Assembly (NCBI GenBank): GCA_964035545.1
Contig: OZ037769.1
Location: 12,678,633-12,742,632 of the forward strand
Direction: 5' to 3'
Source of the DNA: Bugula neritina
Taxonomy: Eukaryota; Animalia; Bryozoa
Length of the DNA stretch: 64,000 nucleotides
In this document: positions 52,739-64,000 of the stretch, in pieces
Position numbering within the stretch: position 1 is the first letter of the stretch
How the letters are laid out: each line of letters opens with the position of its first letter
The notes under the pieces: model-generated
The model's database searches: none
What the model was told of the DNA's origin: nothing
The model's input: the letters and a program-made list of their open reading frames with translations, nothing else
Made by a program: the position numbers and the translations under genes

Positions 52739-52837
52739 TATATAAGGAGTTTGACTGTAAACAACAACCCATTCCACCACTTGATGAATTCTGGTTAGCT
52801 ACAATTCTGCTGCTTTATATACACCAACTATAATACA
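52739..52837 (+). promoter_or_regulatory. Putative TATA box and non-coding first exon of the matrixin gene
   Basis: TATATAAG at 52739-52746, an Inr-like CCATT about 30 nt downstream, a GTAAGT donor at 52838, and a CAG acceptor immediately before the ATG at 53393. Confidence 0.45.
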
Positions 52838-53065
52838 GTAAGTATATTAGACATAGCATATAATGTTTTTGTTTTATAATTGATATAAAAATATTTATAA
52901 AAATACTACATGTTAAAAAAATTAATAAACATTTTTCATTATATAATTTGATTATAATCTATATATATACAACTATAGTCTTGCAGTCATTGTGCATAAG
53001 AAGCTATTAAATGGCTTTTCAAAAATGCTGTTATAAGATAAGCTAGTTCTAATATGTAACAAGTT

Positions 53066-53111
53066 ACTAAAATTACGACAGTTAGCTGCAGCTAACTGTC
53101 GTAATTTTAGT
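53066..53111. repeat. Perfect 46-bp palindrome with no spacer
   Basis: ACTAAAATTACGACAGTTAGCTG|CAGCTAACTGTCGTAATTTTAGT. Confidence 0.95.
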
Positions 53112-53392
53112 CAAATTATGACTGATTCAGTTTGTTAAATACGCACATGTCATTTTTTAACTGCATGAGATAAACATTGAGGTAAATTCATGCAAATTGT
53201 TACAATGAAATTATAGACTGATATTGGATAATATTATATAATAAACACTCTAGCTTATTTTTGTACTATAACTACTACAAGAAGTATTGCTTTATAATGC
53301 TAGTTATAGTATGCTTCAAGATTAGCATCAACATATTGTCAGTACAATGAAATTACTATTTACTAATTAGTAAATTTAAACATTACCTACAG

Positions 53393-56153
53393 ATGGCCAA
53401 GCTGTGTAGAGCATCAGTTTTCCTGCTAATTGGAGTCACAGTGGGGCTATCTGGAGTTTTCTCCTCGCCACTGGAAATTTCTGCTGCTGGGGTAAGCACA
53501 GTCATTTAATTCACAGTAAGCGCAATAGTCTAGAGTTCAGTGGTTACATTAATAATAATTGGCTGAATAGAGTTTTTGGAGTTGTCTTCTTTTATTGTAG
53601 CTTTGTAACAGAAGATAATATTTTACAAGAATTATTACAAGGCCTTCTAAAGACTGCTCAAATATGCTGATCTAGCTATTAAAATAGTATTTTTAGTGTA
53701 TTGAAATAACATGAAAACAACTTTAGTATAGATTTATAACTTATATTGTTATTATAGTTCTCATTACATATTATTATTTCTAATTTGAAAAAAAATGCAA
53801 ATATTCTTTTAAACAGCCTAAATAAAACATAATCTATTTTAGGAAACTTCGATGTTGGCTGGGCATCGGATGGAAAAAAGATGGGTCAGATTTGGAAGTC
53901 AAATATGGAAGCACATGCCCGTCACAATAAACTTTAAAGAATATTTAGCAGTTTTCTCCCCCTGGCAGCAGCTTAAAGTACTCCATGAATGCACTAAGGT
54001 ATTGTAGACTTATAAGTCTTATATATTTTCAACAAACCTTTGTTATAAGCAGCTAAGTGGGTCACCCTGACATATAACTGCAGCAAAAATGGGTCTTGGC
54101 CAACATAAAGGACAAAAACACAGCAAGCATCCCCTATACAGTGTCAGAGTTATGCTGCTATAATAGTATTTATATGTTTGTTGTATTATAGCGCATTGTC
54201 AAGACACACAGTCTATTATTTTGATGTTTTTTGCTATCTTTCACTTTTACAGGATTAAAACAATTGAGATTTTCTTATTAATTTTGCTTTAAAAGTATTG
54301 AAAACATTGAAAAATACTTTCTTTTAAATGGAAAGCCGAAGCGTGTTATGCCTGTTTTATAAAATTTGATGAACCAGGGGTGCAATCTCAAAAAAAAGTA
54401 TTTTTTTTAAATAGATATTTAAAGAATATATAAAATGTATGTAAAAATATTTCATTTGGAATCAGAATGAGGTGTTGAGTGATACAAATATAAATACAAA
54501 GTTACAGATTGCTTTTTATTATATCAACAATCATTAGCTAAAAATTTGTTAAATGTATAAATGCATTTGGTATAATGTCCATGTACAATGAAAAGTTTTG
54601 ACGTTTTAGTTTTGCAATTACTTGCTTGGCTGTTTGTCAAAACGCTACTAATTGTTTAGTATGTTTGATTGTTTACTGTCAATAATTATGCTGCATGGAC
54701 TGTTGTAGAGTTTCACCATTGAAGGCAAGCTGTGGTTTAAAATCTTGCAAAGTGATGTTAAAGCAGATATCTCCATATACTTTGAACACTTTGATGGACG
54801 CAGGAGATACGGCATGTATGGCAGTGGTATGGAGCCTCAACCTGGAAAAACCTCCTGGGTTCGCCTTGAAAAAGAAGAAAACTGGAAGTTAAGAAAGTCA
54901 TCAAAACCAACAGGACAGCAAGGTAGAGACATGTTTTATCTACTGTGCCCATTAATGTATTTATATATTTTCTCCATATGTTAAAAGCCCTCATACACAT
55001 TAATTAAAAATTAACCAGAAAAGTTGACATGTTTTTCTACTACACTGAGAAGTGAATATACATACCTGAGTGTCATATAAGAATTAATATAATAGAATAT
55101 AATATGCTGAGTAGGCCTATAATTATTGTATATTATAGTTGAGAAAATATGCTCCAAATAGCTCCACATGTAGAAAATTATTTTAATTGTGATTTTGAAA
55201 CAATAACAATCTTATACTTATAAATAACTGAGTTTTTCAATAAAATAGGTTTTAGGAAAAGTGAAAATATGTATTTGTGCATTTGAAATAACATTAGAAA
55301 TTCTAACAAGCGCATTGTTTATATTTTTTGCGTATACTGACAGTTTTTGACGGACTATACAAAGTTAAATCAAGAATTATACACCAAGCTAAATGCATTA
55401 TAGTTACCCTATAGAGTTGTCTTCTTTTATTACATGTTACTTTACTAAATACTGCACTATATATATACTCATGCAGGTAAACCAGTGTCATTCAAATTTA
55501 CCCTGTGCCACGAAATAGGCCATGCACTGGGACTAGACCATGTTAAAGACAGAAACAGCATTATGTATGCTTTCAATGAAGATCAAAATGACGATAAAAT
55601 TGATGAAGACACTCGTACTGGTTTGCAAAAACTGTATGGAGCTCAAAATCCTATTGTAAGTTTAAACTTTATGACTGAAAATGTATTATACTGTTTAGTT
55701 AAGCTTGATTACAAAACCATATAAAATAAGTTACGGTAAATGTGTCACAAAAACAATCTAACACGGTCGCATAATGTTGGCTCGCTGTTGATGCCTATTA
55801 ATGAGTGTGTATAGATGTATAAGTGTGTGAGTGTGTGAGTGTGTGAGTGTGTGAGTGTGTGAGTGTGTGAGTGTGTGTATGAGTGTATGAGTGTGTGAGT
55901 GTGTGTGTGAGTGTGTGTGTGAGTGTGTGAGTGTGTAAGTGTGTGAGTGTGTGAGTGTGTGAGTGTGTGAGTGTGTGTGTGAGTGTGTGAGTGTGTGTGT
56001 GTGAGTGTGTGTGGGTGTGCGTTTGCTTCCGTATTTGTGTTTGTATTGTACTCAAAAGCAGTTGAATAAGACATTATCACTCAGTTTTCTTGTAAAATCT
56101 AATTATTATGAGGTTGATTGTAAATTATCTGCGTTTTTTAGATTCGTGGATAG
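53393..56153 (+). CDS. Minimal secreted matrixin (peptidase M10 / MMP-like zinc protease), 219 aa
   Basis: Exons 53393-53491, 53843-53998, 54709-54922, 55477-55655 and 56142-56153 total 660 nt in frame. Signal peptide MAKLCRASVFLLIGVTVGLSGVFS; RMEKR followed by WVRFGSQIWKHMPVTINF; ADISIYF..FDG; HEIGHALGLDH zinc motif; SIMY Met-turn; GLQKLYG. Confidence 0.88.
55822..56019. repeat. (GT)n / (GAGTGTGT)n compound microsatellite in the last matrixin intron
   Basis: Direct reading. Confidence 0.95.
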
Positions 56154-56585
56154 ATCCATTCAACTGAAGGAAAAATAAATCTACCAGGAAAATAATTTGA
56201 AACACTTGCATTCTAACATACTTCATATTTTCCTATATAAATTGGCAAAAGTATACAATCAATCAAATATTTTTTTATATTTTACAATATAAACTTGTAA
56301 ATGCATGTCTATAAAGCAGTTCAAGTAGATACATGTTTGTTAGTTTTCTGTTTACACAAAACTGTATAAAACTTATTGTGATGTTATATATACTAATTAA
56401 TTATGTCAATTATATTAATTAATAAAGTATTATTTGGTTCATAATATAAATTTAGTATATGATACTATAATAATACTGTCATACTGTCAATACAAATTGA
56501 TGATGAATATGTCTCATTCATTTAATAAACTGCATTTATGCTGCATAATATTATTTTGATATCAAGTTAGTATCCTATATATTGT

Positions 56586-58750
<2,165 letters not shown>

Positions 58751-59099
58751 TAGCCACTTTTATTTTTGTTGGAGCCTTACATAAGCTGAAAATAAAGCTT
58801 TTCCCAACTGCACTATAGCTTTTTCACATATATATCACCTTAGCTATGCCAGCTATATTATGCTTTTCCACATTCATTATTGCTAATACACAACAGCTAA
58901 CCTTTTTTACTACTATAAAAACCCAGCATTTTTCACTTATCCACACTTGCTCTCACACTTGTAACTTGCAGCTTATACTTATGATATAACCTTTTTTTTC
59001 ACAATGCTATTTTCTTTCAGTCTGCGACGATAAATATTTATTCCCATGCACATAAAACACAAAACTTTTGTTCTCCCTATGTTAATCTTGCACATTATT

Positions 59100-59612
<513 letters not shown>

Positions 59613-60682
59613 ATATATTATATGAAGAACACACTCAAAAATGCACCCATGCATTATACACGAATGTACACAAGGAACCTAAAATAGTAATGACTTAAAA
59701 CATTATATTTTAAAGTTTAAAGTGATCTAAACAAAAATGGTTGACTTTAATCATTAAGTGCTGCCACTGCTAAAAGGCCAGGCTACATTCGTTACATTTG
59801 CTGCCAGTAATAGCCCTATATTCATTATTGTAGTCTTTGTATTTGATTATGTTTGTCTCACAAATTAATTATATGTTTCAAGTGGTCTTCTGTAACTTAT
59901 GGTAACTCATCAGCAATATAGAGCAGGCACCTATTTTAGTAGACAACCTCAAGTTTTTGAAATGAAACGCACAAACTGCAGTTTAAGAATTTGCATGCAC
60001 CTGTGTGAGGAATTACTATTTATAGGTACATATCTAATATAAAAAATATTGTATTTAATGTTATCCATTTGTATGCAGTTGTTTTTGTTAAACATTGCAT
60101 GATAAAATAGTGGATTATTTAGGCAAACAGTGCATATATTATTGTAACTTGTGTGGTAAATTAGTTTGTATGCTTAATCTATTCATTTATAATTATCATA
60201 ACTATTAGTGATTTTAATTTTAAACTATACTTAAACTAAATGTTGTTGTAAGAAACAGAAAAGATTTTTAAAATTTTGCTTTGATTATGGTGTACAAAGT
60301 AGCAATTAATTTTCAACTAAACACGTAAATTGTTTTTATGGAAGTTACAAGCATGTATTTTAGGACTATAAGGTAACAAAGGTTTTTTGCAAGGTCACAA
60401 TTTTTAAAAATTCTGATGATGATGATTATTATTTTAAAGCAATGATATGAAATACCAAGTGCATGCAAGCAAAACGGGGAAAAAATAATAAAACCATACA
60501 TGTCATGACTATTAAACTAACAAAATAGTTTTTAAATAAATTTTATGACTTTATGGCTTTGCTAAATATCTGGTAAAAAGATTACATCACTCTTGTAACT
60601 ATTTCGGTAGTGTTTATCATTTATATGGGTTTGATATAAACTTGTTTGTTTGTGGTTTCCTTGGCTGAGGCTACCTCCATAA

Positions 60683-63162
60683 CTATATTTTCTTGCTTGA
60701 GGGTGGTAGAGTTTGCTTAACTTTTTTTTGCCACTTTACACTCCGCCCGCCATTCTGACTGCTAGGCTGCCATCGAGGCTTTACTTGAGGAGCAGTTCTC
60801 TTTGGCCCTCCACTGTTTCTGTAACCATTTTTGTGACTGGCATAAGGAATTACCTTTCTTGGTGGACCTCCTCGACGAGATTTGTAAACTCTGTTTCCAC
60901 TATTGGATACTCGAGGAGTTGGTTGACAATTCTGGTTTTTCAATACAGGACTGTTGTCTCCAAATACCTGAATTACTTTATCAACACTTTTTCTGCAAAT
61001 AGTTTGATTATTAAGCGAGCTATATTGAGGCGTTTCCAATCTTGCTTCACCTTTGTCACCATTAAAAAGAATGTAATAATTGTTTGGGAATTTCTGGCAT
61101 GTTTCCTTTTTTATTCCATCTAGCCTGATAGCATCAGCAAACTCCTTACAAGCTTTGGCAATGACTTTCCTACGTGTATTGCCTTCAACTTTTGGCTTAA
61201 CTTTGTTGTACAGCACATCAGGCGACTCTCCTCTTTCTAATTCTCTATTATAAAATGTCTTGTAAAGATAATACTTGACAACATCAAACTCCACCGCTGC
61301 TTTTTTTCTATCGTTGGCATGTTCTGGAAATAGTAAACTGTTTCGAGCAAGGCAGTCGATGAATAATTGTGCTGCAGAGTATTTATCATTGTCTTTTTTA
61401 GTGACACGAGGTCTTGAAAATTGTATGGCAATGGGGTTTTTAAAGAAATGATGTTTAGAAAAGTGCAAACGCGAGCCAGCTAAGTTTAGCCTGTCAGAGC
61501 TCTCATCATATCTGTAACATGGAATTCCAGCCATTTCCAGATACAACTCAGATACAGGAACTACCGTCTTCTTACCTTTATGCTCCTCTTCATACATTAC
61601 AATGAATCTGTTGTTATTTTTATTGTTTCTGGCCACAAAGTTAGCCATTTCACCAGCACACTCTACATATATTGAGTCTCCATATTTAGGCTTTTGGTTC
61701 TGGGAACACGGAATATAAGTAGAATAAATCAGAATAACTTTCCCTTTGTTAGCCGGGTTTTTCATCAGATTATTTGGAACTTTTTTGTTGGTTTTAGTGT
61801 CTATAATGGTTTCATCATCTCTGTACAGCATCTGTATCTCTGTGTGCACTTCTAACTGAGGTTTTAGCAAAGCATCAATTCTTGTTCTTGTTGGCAGCTC
61901 ACATATTTTATTTAAACATCTCGGTGAACAGTTTGTTGCGTCACCTTTTACGTAATTTTTATAAAGATTGGTTTTAGGGTCAACATTATATTTCAATTTA
62001 AGTCTTCCGTGTGAATCTCTTTCAACATCTAAGGGAGTTGCCAGTACCCATTGATTAATTTTTCCAGTAGCGACCTGGTCTTTAAATGTTTTGAAGTGTT
62101 TAAAAGCTGTTTTGAGTTGGTTCTTAACCAAAGGCGTGTCCAGCTGGGCAAAAAGCTGATTAACTCGATCGGCATGTGTTTCCAGCCTAGCTGGAGCAGA
62201 ATTTGGTTTGGGTGGTTTTGGCTTTGGAAGACCAGGATTTTTCAGTGGTTTTATGATTGGTTTGACATCTTGATGATTTACTACTGAGACATGGGGAGAC
62301 TTCTGTGGATCTGAAAGATGGGGAGAGTGATGTGGATTATTATGGGATTCAGGATGAGGAACTCCCTTCTGCTTTATGTTGGAGTGAACTGGCATAGAAT
62401 TTGGTTTTTCTTTGCCTGCCTGGCTTGAATAAACTTCCAAGACTATGAGTAAACATATTACCTGAAACAGAAAAAAAGAACCTACACTTTATAGTAAGCT
62501 AATATTTTGACTAATTTGGCAGAACCCAGATATAGATGTATATACGTAGATAAAAGTTACAATTGCTTTTGAGGAATAGGGTCACTACCTTAGTATGCAT
62601 CAGCAAATTATGACCTCAGAACTTCTAAACATTTACTACACGGGTAAATTTATGTATTGATTCTATTTATGCGTAGCAAAAAAAACTGAGAGGGCGGTCT
62701 GCAACATTTAAGTGAACTGTCATTGTCATATAAGCTAGATAAATACATACTGATCGTAATGGAAAAGTCAACGGTTTTCATATCTCAATTTATGAAAAAA
62801 TTAAAAGAAAACTTAAGAGAATAAAGCAAAAGTCGAAAAAACCTTAATTATTCAGTTGTATTTGTTAAAATTTCATTAATTTAGGATTGTTGAAATGATT
62901 TCCCTTAAAGAACATAATAAAATGAAATAGCTGGAAACTTTAAAAATGCTGTTATGAAAATATCTGCTGTTTCAATAAAAAATACAGTCGACAAAGATTT
63001 TAGATATTTCAACAGCTGCCTAATATATTATAGAGGTATAAACACTTCACCTAAGAAGAATTTATATTGAAGTGCTAATACTTACGCCCATTAACATGTT
63101 GAAATATAAACTTATACTGCAAAACAAAATAATATACTTACAGAAAATTTCTTGGCTGCCAT
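60683..63162 (-). CDS. Secreted Zn-dependent deaminase-fold protein (SNAD / AID-APOBEC-like), 599 aa
   Basis: Exon 1 (63162-63142, ATG GCA GCC AAG AAA TTT TCT, then GTAAGT) splices in phase 0 to the TTTCAG acceptor and exon 2 (62461-60683), giving MAAKKFSVICLLIVLEVYSSQAG... (signal peptide). Motifs: NQWVLA, NYVKG, H-T-E (61846-61838), VILIYSTYIPC (Cys at 61708-61706) x15 C (61660-61658), FIVMY, LEMAGI. Confidence 0.78.
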
Positions 63163-63615
63163 TTTGAGCTTCAGAAAGCAAGCACCACAAATTGAAAGTG
63201 TAGTGCATGTTGGTACAATAATTCCATTTCTTTAAATAGTAAATTTTTGGATGTGGAATTATTATGCGTAGCATTTTGCATCTCAAAACTGAAGCACTGC
63301 AAGCGTTTGTTTTGTTTTGTTAAATTGTTATGCTCACAGCAATGCTATAATAATTTCTCATAAACTTACATAAGTTTGAACAAGCTGAATATACCCTTAT
63401 TTTTATGAAAAATGCTTATTTCAAGCTGTTTTAAAATGCATGCAGTTATTGGTTTATAGATTACAACGTTTAATATAATTATGCCTAGCTTTTTCATGAA
63501 TTTATAAATTTAAAAAAAAACACATTAACAAAGCTCTAAAATGTTAGATTAGTCATTTTTGATATATTTTATACTCTTAAAGCAGTCATAAGATAGGGGC
63601 TGATGCCATTTTAAT

Positions 63616-63851
63616 AAAGACTCAACCAATTGCTTATAATCACCATCCTTGTGAGAAAACCTCTGGTAGAAAGGGTTTTCGTTAAATCGGGCTAAGGACT
63701 TATTCATATGTGACACGTACAGGAGCAATTAAATGACTGGATGCTCTTCCTAACATCACTAATGGCTTTTGTTGGGCTTAAACCCATGCATGACTTTGTG
63801 CTTATATACGTACTTGGCTAATGCTTCAAATCCTAGACCATGACTGCTCCC
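63616..63851 (-). mobile_element. SINE family B copy upstream of the deaminase gene
   Basis: Reverse complement of the full head, core and tail (CAGGAGCAATTAAATGACTGGATGCTCTTCCTAACATCAC...CCTAGACCATGACTGCTCCC). Confidence 0.8.
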
Positions 63852-64000
63852 TCTAATGCTATCTTGATTTCTCACCTTTCTCCACCATTTCCTGATCCGG
63901 TGGCAAACCTGATGCCATTTTAATGCATATATGTTATTATTGTGATCAAATACACAGAACAAATTCACTGAACTAGTATTATATTGTATGTATAAGAAAA

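Noticed and set aside
55745-56080. His/Thr-rich ORFs (and the YI-repeat ORFs at 51647, 56582 and 59347-59698)
   Set aside because: These are translations of GT and TA microsatellites.
60713-61123. 136-aa plus-strand ORF
   Set aside because: Antisense shadow of the deaminase exon, with no independent support.

Overview
AT-rich genomic DNA from an intron-rich metazoan, probably an invertebrate (inference; the species cannot be fixed from sequence alone). I reconstructed six protein-coding genes by hand from GT-AG junctions and reading-frame continuity: (1) the 3' part of an MPN+/JAMM (MPND-like) gene (+, 265-3209); (2) an F-box/LRR-type gene (-, 3872-9899); (3) a GAS2-like CH+GAR gene (-, 11575-23420); (4) a signal peptide-CUB-like-6xSushi-TM receptor (-, 29454-45750); (5) a stripped-down 219-aa matrixin/MMP-like protease with no cysteine switch (+, 53393-56153); (6) a 599-aa two-exon gene (-, 60683-63162). 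Gene 6 is the main discovery candidate: it has a signal peptide, a Zn-dependent deaminase signature (HTE ... YSTYIPC-x15-C) resembling secreted AID/APOBEC-like deaminases (SNADs), an extra Cys-containing domain I do not recognise, and a very basic tail. Repeats include two tRNA-derived SINE-like families (one forming a head-to-head palindromic dimer), a truncated RTE LINE and a Penelope-like fragment enclosed together between two long (TA)n tracts, a bipartite non-autonomous RTE derivative, a Harbinger-like MITE, a decayed 28S rRNA fragment, two perfect hairpins/palindromes and several mini/microsatellites. No database searches were run; all family calls are motif recognition by eye.
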